A stretch of DNA of 64,000 nt from a virus. The translations under genes were made by a program, and so were the position numbers. Position 1 is the stretch's first letter; the number at the start of each line of letters is the position of its first letter. The stretch lies in the IMG/VR virus record IMGVR_UViG_3300050821_005889. One strand, 5' to 3'. Of the stretch, positions 1 to 8,151 are shown piece after piece. The notes under the pieces are model-generated. The model was not told the origin of the DNA, did not search any database, and was given only the letters and a program-made list of their open reading frames with translations.

Positions 1-823
1 TTTCATAAACCCCGTCAGGGTTCACATACACTACACTGTGCCACGGGCTGCGTGTGGCCTTTGGACTACGTATCAATTGGAAGGAATATTTTTTCCCGTT
101 ATTAATACTGTTGTGCATAGATAGCCTTACGCTATCCTTAAACTCATGGGCTATAAGGGCAGAGTATGCTTCATTGCGTAACATCATTTCACGGGTCAGC
201 AACTTTGCCGCCTTGTGTAATTGGTTACGGGATGGAAATTCTTTGACCGCCAGCTCTTCTTCCATGAATATAGACATTCCCCTGTACAGGTAATTAACGT
301 CCGGCTCCATCAGGATGCGGCGCTCTAACTCTACAGGTGTGATGCCGAATTGCTCCACTACCTTAGCCCTCATGTTGGCAAGGTGTCCTTGTCCTCCGTA
401 GAAGTCTCTAAGGTCATACCAGCGAATAGGGGCTACTTTGGCAAGGTCTATTGACCTCTGCTCATAGTCTTCTACTGTGGTGTCTGATATGCCCAGCAGG
501 TCTGAGAATATAAAGCCATCACTTACGATGGAGATATTCACGCCCGGAGGGTATATCTTTTTGATTGCATCGTTGAACTGCCCGAAGTTTTTCAGTGACA
601 GCTCTTCGCCCAGGTCAGGCAGTGTTCCTATTACCTTGTTCCTGGTATTAGCCGATTTCATCGGGTATCCCAGCATGACAAACGGAATAGGTTCCCCTGT
701 TGTGACCTTTGAGTTTATCTTGTCGGCAAGTACCTGCTTGCCTACGGTCTCAAATTGGTCAATGGGCGTGGGTGGCATCCTAAAGTCCCGGAACGCCTCC
801 ACAATTGATTCTGTTGTGTTCAT
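1..823 (-). CDS. Isonitrile (isocyanide) synthase family protein, PvcA/IsnA/DIT1-like; C-terminal end runs off the window
   Basis: Own translation from ATG at 823-821: MNTTESIVEAFRDF...GEPIPFVMLGYPMKSANTRNKVIGTLPDLGEE...IYPPGVNISIVSDGFIFSDLLGISDTTVEDYEQ...VRLSMHNS...RSPWH. These blocks match the conserved cores I recall for the DIT1_PvcA family (xFPxKSxNxxKVLGxxPDxxE; YPPGAxIxIxSDGxVFxDL; RLSIH; TPWH). Absent from the ORF track because it has no stop inside the window. Confidence 0.7.
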   Translation of the reverse strand, partial: MNTTESIVEAFRDFRMPPTPIDQFETVGKQVLADKINSKVTTGEPIPFVMLGYPMKSANTRNKVIGTLPDLGEELSLKNFGQFNDAIKKIYPPGVNISIVSDGFIFSDLLGISDTTVEDYEQRSIDLAKVAPIRWYDLRDFYGGQGHLANMRAKVVEQFGITPVELERRILMEPDVNYLYRGMSIFMEEELAVKEFPSRNQLHKAAKLLTREMMLRNEAYSALIAHEFKDSVRLSMHNSINNGKKYSFQLIRSPKATRSPWHSVVYVNPDGVYE

Positions 824-851
824 TTAGTATTACAGTTTAGTTAGTAGTTTT

Positions 852-1799
852 TTATTCAGGTAAAATTATCCTGTCCACCTTACGTTCTATGTTATGGAAC
901 TTAAGGAACGTGCGGGCAGCAGGCTCATTGAGTTTAAGCAGAACCAAAGGGTCTTTGCGGTACTCCGGGTCAAGCAGTAGCTGGTTGGTTCCGGCAGGGA
1001 TTGTTATGGTCTGAGGGCGCAATCCGTGTGGCTTGGTGACAGGTTCCCCTTCAATGATAATGTAGTGCATGCCCAGTTCGGGTACGTTATTGCTTTTAAC
1101 CAGAACCACATCTCCTATCTGCAACCGCGCGGCATGTTCTTCACTGATTCGCACCACATCTTTTTTAGTCAATCGCACCTTGTCATCAAACAATTCAAGA
1201 TTAAAAGGAGAGCTCATTAGCTTTGCCGTATCCACATCAGATACAAAGTGCAGTGTGGTACTTGGCAGCAGCGTGACAGCAGAATGTATTAACATCTTGC
1301 CGTCTGCGGGAGTGTGATAAAAGTTAGTATAGACTCCTTCTGTGACAATATCCGTCCTTACATACCTTACGGTATTTTTGAAAGGGTCAGTGCGGTGAAA
1401 TACGCTGGAAAGAATCTTTCCTGAAATGAGCGCTTCCAACTGATAGGCTTCATCATGGGCATGTATCTGTGATACCAGTCCAGATTTCCACCGTACCATT
1501 GTGTAACGGGCACTCGTCATGTCATCAATGGCCAGCGTGGTACGGTCTAAATTGAACTTCATGTCATCAGACGCCTTCGCCCAATTTTGTTTCTTTAAGG
1601 TCTGCGCCAGTTCGCTGAACATATCAAGGGTTACCGCTCTTTTTCGTTGGGCGTCCTGTCCATCTATTACAGGGGTTTCATTCAGGTAATGTTCATATCC
1701 TGGTCTGTACAGTTTTAGCTGTGCCTCATTGCCCGGAACGCCAGCCGCTATTGTGAGGAGCGGGTTAGTGCTGGCGTGATAATATTTTGTTTCATCCAT
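852..1799 (-). CDS. Hypothetical 315-aa protein; possible double-stranded beta-helix (cupin / Fe-2OG-oxygenase-like) metalloprotein
   Basis: ORF track. Lies 28 nt upstream of the isonitrile synthase gene on the same strand. Contains G-x5-H113-A-H115-D-E...H172, loosely like cupin motif 1 or an HxD/E...H facial triad. The function is inference only. Confidence 0.6.
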   Translation of the reverse strand: MDETKYYHASTNPLLTIAAGVPGNEAQLKLYRPGYEHYLNETPVIDGQDAQRKRAVTLDMFSELAQTLKKQNWAKASDDMKFNLDRTTLAIDDMTSARYTMVRWKSGLVSQIHAHDEAYQLEALISGKILSSVFHRTDPFKNTVRYVRTDIVTEGVYTNFYHTPADGKMLIHSAVTLLPSTTLHFVSDVDTAKLMSSPFNLELFDDKVRLTKKDVVRISEEHAARLQIGDVVLVKSNNVPELGMHYIIIEGEPVTKPHGLRPQTITIPAGTNQLLLDPEYRKDPLVLLKLNEPAARTFLKFHNIERKVDRIILPE

Positions 1800-1803
1800 A
1801 GTA

Positions 1804-1914
1804 GTTATTTATGTTTTGTCTTGCGTTTGAGTTCCCTTTTGTTTTTCACCATGCCTACAAATACCAAGATTACCAGTGAAACCGGTGTGGCAAGGGCAAC
1901 AAAAATGTTCTCCA
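1804..1914 (-). CDS. 36-aa single-TM micro-protein (MENIFVALATPVSLVILVFVGMVKNKRELKRKTKHK)
   Basis: Own translation. Hydrophobic core followed by a basic tail. Fills the gap between two genes. Confidence 0.4.
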
Positions 1915-1922
1915 TAATTATT

Positions 1923-2204
1923 TTATTTTAATTGGTCTTCCAAATCAGCCCGTACATCATATACCAGCACATTCAGCTTGCGCTGAAATTCATGCGTGGT
2001 CTTAGATACGGGTTTGTCGTACATCAGTTCATAAATGAACTTGCCAGCTACAAAAGAGGCGTGCAGGGTGCCTATATGTTTTTGGTGGGCATCCGATACA
2101 GAGTAAACACCCTCTTTAGTAGAGAGGTTAATAGTCAGGTTCTCAAAGTGGAACCCGTCAGTAGTTGTTCCCAGAACGGGAACCTTGTCGGTCAGTAATT
2201 CCAT
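1923..2204 (-). CDS. Hypothetical protein (93 aa)
   Basis: ORF track. Member of the tightly packed leftward array. AAACTACT-ATG leader. Confidence 0.6.
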   Translation of the reverse strand: MELLTDKVPVLGTTTDGFHFENLTINLSTKEGVYSVSDAHQKHIGTLHASFVAGKFIYELMYDKPVSKTTHEFQRKLNVLVYDVRADLEDQLK

Positions 2205-2232
2205 AGTAGTTTGTGTTTTAAATTGTTAGTGA

Positions 2233-2601
2233 TTAGTTGTCTCTTTCAGGATTGCTGCTATTAAGCAGGTTTATCAGAATTTCAAACGGGTCTGTGTGTT
2301 TGGCTGCAATGTTGTGATTGGTTCTTGTTAATACCTGCTCCACTACCCATCCTGCATAAAATGCCTGTTGCGGAGTCATTTTATCAAGCCTTTTAACGGC
2401 TCTGGTGTAAACTTCTTTACGGTTCCCAACTACACCGTCCTTGTACACCGTAGCCGTATCCTCGGAGTCGTCCTCTATGGCTTTTGTTATTTTGTTAGCC
2501 TGCTTCTCGGTGATGCCGATAATAGGAATCACGCTGACTTTGGCTTCCCTGTCCTGCTTGGTAAAATCCTCGCTGGAGTGCTTGTCTTTTTTGTTTGTCA
2601 T
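2233..2601 (-). CDS. Hypothetical protein (122 aa)
   Basis: ORF track, leftward array. GTTTAGTTA box lies 10 nt 5' of the start (read on the plus strand). Confidence 0.6.
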   Translation of the reverse strand: MTNKKDKHSSEDFTKQDREAKVSVIPIIGITEKQANKITKAIEDDSEDTATVYKDGVVGNRKEVYTRAVKRLDKMTPQQAFYAGWVVEQVLTRTNHNIAAKHTDPFEILINLLNSSNPERDN

Positions 2602-2636
2602 TTGAATTTATGTTTAGTTAAATTAAATACCTACGA

Positions 2637-2903
2637 TTAAATGCCTGCTATGTAAACATCCCCGTCCCATGAAATATTCCATCCTTTGTTCCACCACCAT
2701 TTCGTTATGACATAACTACCATTATAAATAAACCAGAGCCTTGTCTCTTCGTGCATTCGGACGCCCTTGATATGGGTCTTATTTTGTTTGATTGCATCAA
2801 GTATAAGCGCCTCAACTCTTGCTATCTCATCTGGATAAGAATTAATGACGGCCTTCTTTACAACTTTAGCAGCCTCGTCTGCGGTTATGAATTTTTCTTT
2901 CAT
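2637..2903 (-). CDS. Hypothetical protein (88 aa), Trp-rich C-terminus
   Basis: ORF track, leftward array. Confidence 0.55.
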   Translation of the reverse strand: MKEKFITADEAAKVVKKAVINSYPDEIARVEALILDAIKQNKTHIKGVRMHEETRLWFIYNGSYVITKWWWNKGWNISWDGDVYIAGI

Positions 2904-2916
2904 GGCATTGTATGTT

Positions 2917-3282
2917 TTATCTTACTTCAATTATTACCTTCTTTGGCATCACATAAAAGTTCTGGTAGTCCTTTTTGTATTCCTCTTCCTGGTCGGCAAG
3001 GAAGACCTGTAGTGCATCATAGATGCGGTCAGATGTGGTATAATCATCCTTCCATACATGGGTGATTTCAAACTTATCGGTAAGGAACTCTGCAAGCCGG
3101 TAAAGGGCTACAGTGCCACCCTCTTCATATTCAGTGTACCCCATGTGGCTACCTGTGATAGCGCCACCCATAAGGTACAGGGTAACTTCATAGTGTACCT
3201 CCTGCCAGCTTGTGAACCCGTTAGGGAAGAATTTGCGGTCAGCCTTAGCTACGCTCTTGATGTAATGTCTGCGGGTGTCCAT
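2917..3282 (-). CDS. Hypothetical protein (121 aa)
   Basis: ORF track, leftward array. Confidence 0.6.
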   Translation of the reverse strand: MDTRRHYIKSVAKADRKFFPNGFTSWQEVHYEVTLYLMGGAITGSHMGYTEYEEGGTVALYRLAEFLTDKFEITHVWKDDYTTSDRIYDALQVFLADQEEEYKKDYQNFYVMPKKVIIEVR

Positions 3283-3286
3283 AGGT

Positions 3287-3592
3287 TTATTTTCTTTTAA
3301 AGAACATTCCTGTAGTTTGAAGTATATTTCTTAATGTCTCGGCAGTATTTTTATTATTGCAGTCTGCAATACATACAAGCCCTTGTCCGGGAATATGGGC
3401 AAATACACTATAAAAAGTAGCCTGCTTTTCTTCTACCTGTTCCTCCCATCTCATAACACCTCCATTTTTACCTTTTATACTTACAGGCTTTCTTAAAACG
3501 TCCATAGGGAAAACTATAAAATCTTCCAGCTTAACACCATGCGGAATCTCTTCGGGATGGAATGTTATCTTGGAATCAAATTTCTTTTTCAT
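3287..3592 (-). CDS. Hypothetical protein (101 aa)
   Basis: ORF track. 4-nt gap to the downstream gene. Confidence 0.6.
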   Translation of the reverse strand: MKKKFDSKITFHPEEIPHGVKLEDFIVFPMDVLRKPVSIKGKNGGVMRWEEQVEEKQATFYSVFAHIPGQGLVCIADCNNKNTAETLRNILQTTGMFFKRK

Positions 3593-3605
3593 ATTTAAAA
3601 TGGTT

Positions 3606-3815
3606 TTATGAATTTATAGGCGAAACTGTTACCCTTACAAAAACCTCATAGGATATATTTTGCTCCCCCTCAGTAATTATACTTTTATCTAATCCTATTC
3701 CAATAAGGTCATTGGTTAGTTGTTCTTTTGACGCCTTGCCAATTAGTTCTTTTTGATAAGGGGACAGTTCATAAAAAATGTCACTGCCGTCTAATTTATA
3801 TTCAAGTGTGAACAT
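3606..3815 (-). CDS. Hypothetical protein (69 aa)
   Basis: ORF track, leftward array. Confidence 0.5.
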   Translation of the reverse strand: MFTLEYKLDGSDIFYELSPYQKELIGKASKEQLTNDLIGIGLDKSIITEGEQNISYEVFVRVTVSPINS

Positions 3816-3828
3816 GGTATTATATTAT

Positions 3829-4008
3829 TTAAAGTAAATCATAAATGTCGCTGGGAGGTACAGAGAGCAGGTCTCCTATACGCTCTGCGGCAGCTCCCGG
3901 CTCTACCTCATGGTAGTCCAGCAGTTGATAGATGGTCTCCCGGTCTTGGGGTGACAGTGGGGCTATAGTTTCTGCTATAGCCTTTACTATCTGGTCGTTT
4001 GGTTTCAT
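3829..4008 (-). CDS. Hypothetical 59-aa protein (MKPNDQIVKAIAETIAPLSPQDRETIYQLLDYHEV...)
   Basis: Own translation; below the ORF-track length cutoff. Fills an otherwise empty 260-nt gap. Confidence 0.45.
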   Translation of the reverse strand: MKPNDQIVKAIAETIAPLSPQDRETIYQLLDYHEVEPGAAAERIGDLLSVPPSDIYDLL

Positions 4009-4078
4009 CTCTTTGGTCTTTTGCGTCTTAGTAACCGTAGTATAAATATTACCACGGCGACAATCAGTATTATAGGCA

Positions 4079-4360
4079 TTATTCTTCTTCCAAAAATCGT
4101 ATCAGGTCTCTCTTGGTTTTAAACAGGTCGGTAACACTACCTATTTCATAGGTCACAGGGTCAATTGGATTAGCTGCCCATTGCAGCACTTTGGGTCTGT
4201 CAAACATATCAGAGAACCCGTAAGTGGAACGGATGAGGTAAGGCTTGCCTTTGATGTCCTGCACCTCATAGCTTTCGTCCTGAGAGAATATTTGGTTGCC
4301 CACAGAGAACCATTTTTTATTATTGGACTTGACTTCGGACAGTGTGAGTAGTGTTATCAT
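4079..4360 (-). CDS. Hypothetical protein (93 aa)
   Basis: ORF track. ATGA-type 4-nt overlap with the upstream gene. Confidence 0.6.
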   Translation of the reverse strand: MITLLTLSEVKSNNKKWFSVGNQIFSQDESYEVQDIKGKPYLIRSTYGFSDMFDRPKVLQWAANPIDPVTYEIGSVTDLFKTKRDLIRFLEEE

Positions 4361-4677
4361 ATCTTATGTTTAAGTTTTATGACACGGATGATAGTATCGT
4401 CGTAGTTGTGCCTTCTGGCTATAATCTTATCTTTATCAAAGTGAATTAGAGTATATCCTTTGTGACGGTATATACCACCGTCCATTTCAATTAAATCTAC
4501 TCTTTCAGAAACGTTAGTAAGGTCAAATTCCTCCTTTGCAGCTCTGGCTAATGGACAATCTTTCCAATCTCCGAAATCGGCATCCTTAAAATGCTTCGCC
4601 CTTACAATGAGAGGCAACGCCCCGATGCTCCATGCCTGCATCCATGTGATGCGCAGGAGCCATAAAAAGTTTCTCAT
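4357..4677 (-). CDS. Small-protein family A, copy 1 (VRAKHF...CPLARA...IIRVIKL)
   Basis: ORF track. Shares an ordered motif set with 4674..5009 and 9024..9278. Confidence 0.65.
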   Translation of the reverse strand: MRNFLWLLRITWMQAWSIGALPLIVRAKHFKDADFGDWKDCPLARAAKEEFDLTNVSERVDLIEMDGGIYRHKGYTLIHFDKDKIIARRHNYDDTIIRVIKLKHKI

Positions 4678-5009
4678 ACCTTAGTTAATTTAATGGTTCG
4701 TATAATATTATCTCCGTAACTAAGCTCGTCTGCGGTAACAGAATCCATTTTAAACAAATGGCTACTATAGTCAGGATGTTTATATGTTACATATAGTCCT
4801 TTGTGATAATCTACCACCATTTCTGTGGTGCTCTCATATACAAGAGTGCCAAAAAATTCTCTTCCTGCTCTTGCTAACGGGCAGTCCGTTGTAGAGCTAA
4901 ATCTTGCCTCCTGAAAATGCCTTGCCCTCACAATAAGGGTAACTTCCGGTAAGGTACGTTTGCCGGTTCCGTTGAACCAGTTCCGTATGGAATCAAATAA
5001 TTTATTCAT
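4674..5009 (-). CDS. Small-protein family A, copy 2 (VRARHF...CPLARA...IIRTIKL)
   Basis: ORF track. Tandem to copy 1 with a 4-nt overlap. Confidence 0.65.
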   Translation of the reverse strand: MNKLFDSIRNWFNGTGKRTLPEVTLIVRARHFQEARFSSTTDCPLARAGREFFGTLVYESTTEMVVDYHKGLYVTYKHPDYSSHLFKMDSVTADELSYGDNIIRTIKLTKV

Positions 5010-5037
5010 AGTTATTAATTTGGTTTTATGCTGTAGT

Positions 5038-5373
5038 TTATGCCGTCAGCAACATAGGGAACAGGCTGGCGGCTATGATGTCGCTTTCTTTATCCACCGC
5101 TTCCTTAAGGGCTTCTATTGACCTTATTTCAAACAGGCGTTTGAGCAATTCTACACCCCTTTCATCCTCCTGCATATATTTTATATACGCTGCGGTGGCC
5201 TTGTCTTCGTCAAGGCTCTCTCTATCCAGCCCCATATCATTCCATTTGTCTGAGACCTTAGCGGATACCTCTGCATTAATGAGGTCTGCGAGTAGTATTA
5301 CAGCAGGAGGTAATCCAGAAAGTTTCTGCATTCTTATAGCGTCTCTGCGCTGTCTTTCCAAATCGTCTTTCAT
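5038..5373 (-). CDS. Hypothetical protein (111 aa); paralog of 5461..5793
   Basis: ORF track. Shared block DE-x-KATAAYIKYMQEDERGVELLKRLFEI versus DDEVADKVNTAFHDYMVDGDRGIKMLHEIIDA. Confidence 0.6.
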   Translation of the reverse strand: MKDDLERQRRDAIRMQKLSGLPPAVILLADLINAEVSAKVSDKWNDMGLDRESLDEDKATAAYIKYMQEDERGVELLKRLFEIRSIEALKEAVDKESDIIAASLFPMLLTA

Positions 5374-5460
5374 AACTGTTTAGTTAGTTTACACGCCCCG
5401 TGTATCCATTCGGCAGCGTGTGCTCACTATCTTGTTCCGGCTTGCAACGGAGTAAACAGT
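5374..5460 (-). repeat. Two-hairpin intergenic element, copy A
   Basis: Contains GTTTAGTTAGTTT, then stem ACACGC(5391-5396)/GCGTGT(5416-5421), then GTGTGCTCACTAT, then stem TCCG(5436-5439)/CGGA(5448-5451) with an 8-nt loop. Same block order as 8152-8231. Confidence 0.55.
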
Positions 5461-5793
5461 TTAGGCAGCTACTTTAGCAACCATGTAGTCCACAATGGTT
5501 TTCACTTCCTTGTCCAATACAACCTGGTGGTCTTGTGCGTCAATGATTTCATGAAGCATCTTGATGCCACGGTCTCCGTCAACCATGTAGTCATGGAAAG
5601 CGGTGTTCACTTTGTCGGCAACTTCATCATCATCGGTGTTAACCCCTTTGGCCTTTAAGGCAGAAGTAACAGCAGGTGCGGCAGATGCCATAAGTACCTG
5701 TTGTGTCATACCCATCATTACGTCAGTAAGTGGATTGCTCTGGTTGTCGCCAGTGGTAGTATCAGTACCAGTGGTGTTCTTTTTTGTTCTCAT
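5461..5793 (-). CDS. Hypothetical protein (110 aa); paralog of 5038..5373
   Basis: ORF track; see 5038..5373. Confidence 0.6.
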   Translation of the reverse strand: MRTKKNTTGTDTTTGDNQSNPLTDVMMGMTQQVLMASAAPAVTSALKAKGVNTDDDEVADKVNTAFHDYMVDGDRGIKMLHEIIDAQDHQVVLDKEVKTIVDYMVAKVAA

Positions 5794-5903
5794 TTTTGTA
5801 AAATTTAATTAGTGATAAAAAAATATGGTTCGTGTTCCTCCTGTTTTGACACGCGGCACCATAAGCACACAGGCAATCTGCGTCCTTTAAAACAACAATA
5901 TCA

Positions 5904-6155
5904 TTAGACGTCGTACCTGAACAAATCGCCTATCGTCCGTATAAATGGAGCCACACCAAAGGCGTGTAAGGTATTGGATGCAATATGAGCGCCGGGGGTG
6001 TTCCAGTAGAACTCCACCGCCATCCCTGCTGCAATAAATATCATCCCTATAGACAGATGTCTCATGCGACAATGTATCTGTCGTACTTTGTCTTTAGGCT
6101 GCCCTCTTACGTCAGCCCTGTGCCTGTTTGGCGGTTTGCTCTTGCGTCTCATCAT
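5904..6155 (-). CDS. Hypothetical membrane protein (83 aa)
   Basis: ORF track. Basic N-terminus followed by a hydrophobic stretch IGMIFIAAGMAVEFYW. Preferred over the overlapping 5887..6072 frame. ATTTAGTTAGT box lies 5' of the start. Confidence 0.45.
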   Translation of the reverse strand: MMRRKSKPPNRHRADVRGQPKDKVRQIHCRMRHLSIGMIFIAAGMAVEFYWNTPGAHIASNTLHAFGVAPFIRTIGDLFRYDV

Positions 6156-6181
6156 TTTAGATTTAGTTAGTGTATCACCAT

Positions 6182-6352
6182 TTATTTAAGGTGTTTCTTT
6201 ATAGTTGCTTCAATGCGTTTGGCGGCAAGGAACTTTGCCTGCTTGTCCAGTTTGCCAATGCTGGAAAGGGTTAGTTCCATTGACGTCAGCGTCCATTTAA
6301 GCTGCGCGTTAAGGTCAGAGACTTTAAGGGAATTGATTAAATCGGTGTGCAT
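6182..6352 (-). CDS. Hypothetical 56-aa protein (MHTDLINSLKVSDLNAQLKW...)
   Basis: Own translation; below the ORF-track cutoff. Fills a gap in the array. Confidence 0.4.
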   Translation of the reverse strand: MHTDLINSLKVSDLNAQLKWTLTSMELTLSSIGKLDKQAKFLAAKRIEATIKKHLK

Positions 6353-6358
6353 GGTATA

Positions 6359-6568
6359 TTAAATATTAGTTTGCTCGTCTAAATATTCCCCATATTCAAT
6401 AGGGAAATAAATCTGAATATCCTTCAATATTAAAGCATCATTGGATTGTGGCAGAATAATAGTATGTCTCAGCCACACTTTAATCTCAGCACTTTCCTGC
6501 TCGGTGCAATCTATGTCTCTTTTCTTTCGTTCTATTATTGCAATAAGCTCTTCGTCGTTAGATTCCAT
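6359..6568 (-). CDS. Hypothetical protein (69 aa from MESNDEEL)
   Basis: ORF track frame. I prefer the internal ATG at 6568 because it is preceded by ACTACTAAACTAAAT and by the stop of an upstream micro-ORF. Confidence 0.5.
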   Translation of the reverse strand: MESNDEELIAIIERKKRDIDCTEQESAEIKVWLRHTIILPQSNDALILKDIQIYFPIEYGEYLDEQTNI

Positions 6569-6578
6569 ATAATTTAGT

Positions 6579-6680
6579 TTAGTAGTACCACCAGTAAGGG
6601 AATTGTTTGATGTCATCCCACAACCACATCCATGTCAGTACGGAAAGGGTTATCAGGATGACGATTGCGAGGGTGAACAT
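6579..6680 (-). CDS. 33-aa single-TM micro-protein (MFTLAIVILITLSVLTWMWLWDD...)
   Basis: Own translation. Tight packing. Confidence 0.4.
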   Translation of the reverse strand: MFTLAIVILITLSVLTWMWLWDDIKQFPYWWYY

Positions 6681-6683
6681 AAT

Positions 6684-6782
6684 TTATATTCCTTTAGTAA
6701 GTCCTCCGTGTTTGAAGAACCTGCGGATGAATTTTTTAATGCGCTCCTTGCGTCTTTTCTTGCGGCTGTATAAGGGTTTCAT
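6684..6782 (-). CDS. 32-aa highly basic micro-protein (MKPLYSRKKRRKERIKKFIRRFFKHGG...)
   Basis: Own translation. Starts 1 nt after the upstream stop. Confidence 0.35.
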   Translation of the reverse strand: MKPLYSRKKRRKERIKKFIRRFFKHGGLTKGI

Positions 6783-6783
6783 A

Positions 6784-7119
6784 TTATGATTTTAATGACC
6801 TTTGGAATGCTTTGTCGTCACACAGTTCGGCAGCAAGGCACAGGATAGTGGAGCGGAGTTTGTACCCTTCGGCGTTCTTGTCTGCCCAGAAGCCACCGGG
6901 CATATAATCTGGCTTTGATATATTTAATTCAGGAAGATTTTTTGCGTTTATGGGTTCTGAGATAGCTGAGTGATATAACCTTTTTCCTATGGCTGCACAC
7001 ATTCCTATTTCGTGGTCGTATAAATCAATATTATTAAGCTCCTCCGTCTTTTCAATCTCTTCCACCAAAGAGAGATACAATTTTTTACGTTGACGCGGTG
7101 TTTTAATTTTTTGTAACAT
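6784..7119 (-). CDS. Hypothetical protein (111 aa from MLQKIKTPRQ)
   Basis: ORF track frame. Start moved to the ATG at 7119 so that it does not overlap 7131..7550. Confidence 0.55.
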   Translation of the reverse strand: MLQKIKTPRQRKKLYLSLVEEIEKTEELNNIDLYDHEIGMCAAIGKRLYHSAISEPINAKNLPELNISKPDYMPGGFWADKNAEGYKLRSTILCLAAELCDDKAFQRSLKS

Positions 7120-7130
7120 AGATTTATGAT

Positions 7131-7550
7131 TTAGTATGCCTTGTCTATTCCGGCATCCCTTGCCCTTTGGGTTGCAAGTGCATCCCAATTGGTTTCACCT
7201 TCGTTATCTGTAGTTTCATTAAGCCCTTGCTCATTCTCTGCTTCGAGGTAGGCGCGTTTGCAGGCATCCTGTAGTTCATTAAGCAGGTCTGCTTTGCGTC
7301 CTGTGACCTTATCAGAGAAGCCGGAGACGTTCAATGCACCTCTTATTCCACCTCCCAGATAGTTGACGTATGCGCCAAAATGATGGGGTAAATAGTTGGG
7401 GTCGACGTCAAAGGCAGTAGCCACATCGGAGCCGTTAAAGCCCAATGTGCCACCCCTGTATCCTATGTCGTAGGACAAAGCGCCTATCTCCAATGCCTCA
7501 AGGTCTGCAATAGATTGCACCTTGCGCAATTGTTTGATGTTATATTTCAT
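7131..7550 (-). CDS. Hypothetical protein (139 aa)
   Basis: ORF track, leftward array. Confidence 0.6.
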   Translation of the reverse strand: MKYNIKQLRKVQSIADLEALEIGALSYDIGYRGGTLGFNGSDVATAFDVDPNYLPHHFGAYVNYLGGGIRGALNVSGFSDKVTGRKADLLNELQDACKRAYLEAENEQGLNETTDNEGETNWDALATQRARDAGIDKAY

Positions 7551-7552
7551 AG

Positions 7553-7769
7553 TTAGTCCCTGTTAATTACTTTGATAGTATAACCGTATTTTGCGAAAAG
7601 GTCGGTAAGGAGTTCTATCTTTTTGTCGATGGTAGTGTTTTCGTCATCCAAGGCCACCAAAGCCCCAGCCGTTGTTACTGTTATAGGGTTCTGTTTTGGT
7701 TGCTTTTTTAACAGCAAGATTACGTACCTCCTTGAGTTCCTCAGAGGGAGGTGTCCAGTGCATACTCAT
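7553..7769 (-). pseudogene. Small gene with an apparent frame break near 7645-7655
   Basis: Own translation. MSMHWTPPSEELKEVRNLAVKKATKTEPYNSNNGWGFGGLG stops at 7644. A protein-like continuation DENTTIDKKIELLTDLFAKYGYTIKVINRD runs in the +1 frame and stops 2 nt before the next gene. Confidence 0.3.
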
Positions 7770-7908
7770 GATTTCTCCTTTTTGTCTTTTAGGCAATATT
7801 TGCAATATCCGCCTACATCTCCTTTATGACCTTTTCAAAAAGGGCACCCGTTATTCTTTTATGGATAACAGGTGCCTCGAATAGTGTAGCCTGCATAGGT
7901 CTTAAGGA

Positions 7909-8151
7909 TTACAAGCTCCTGGCATAAGATAGTGCCTGTGAATAGGTAGCGTCTGCAACCTGTTTAACAGGTGCACTGAAAGGAACCACCGGAACGTGTT
8001 TTGCTTTTTTAGCCCTCTTGCATTTGGGCTTTGACTCCGGTATGTCATAGGGCATAAAGCAGGTTTTGTCTTTTACGTAGGGTTTGGGTTTCCTATCGTA
8101 CTTCTCGTTGAACGCGGGAGCGCGCAGTTCATTTTCAGTTAAGTTTCTCAT
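7909..8151 (-). CDS. Hypothetical basic protein (80 aa)
   Basis: ORF track. ACTAACTAAAC box lies 10 nt 5' of the start. Confidence 0.55.
   Translation of the reverse strand: MRNLTENELRAPAFNEKYDRKPKPYVKDKTCFMPYDIPESKPKCKRAKKAKHVPVVPFSAPVKQVADATYSQALSYARSL

Noticed and set aside
5887-6072. 61-aa ORF overlapping 5904..6155 in another frame
   Set aside because: Only one of the two can be real. The 83-aa frame has a basic N-terminus plus a TM segment and the conserved leader box, so it is preferred.
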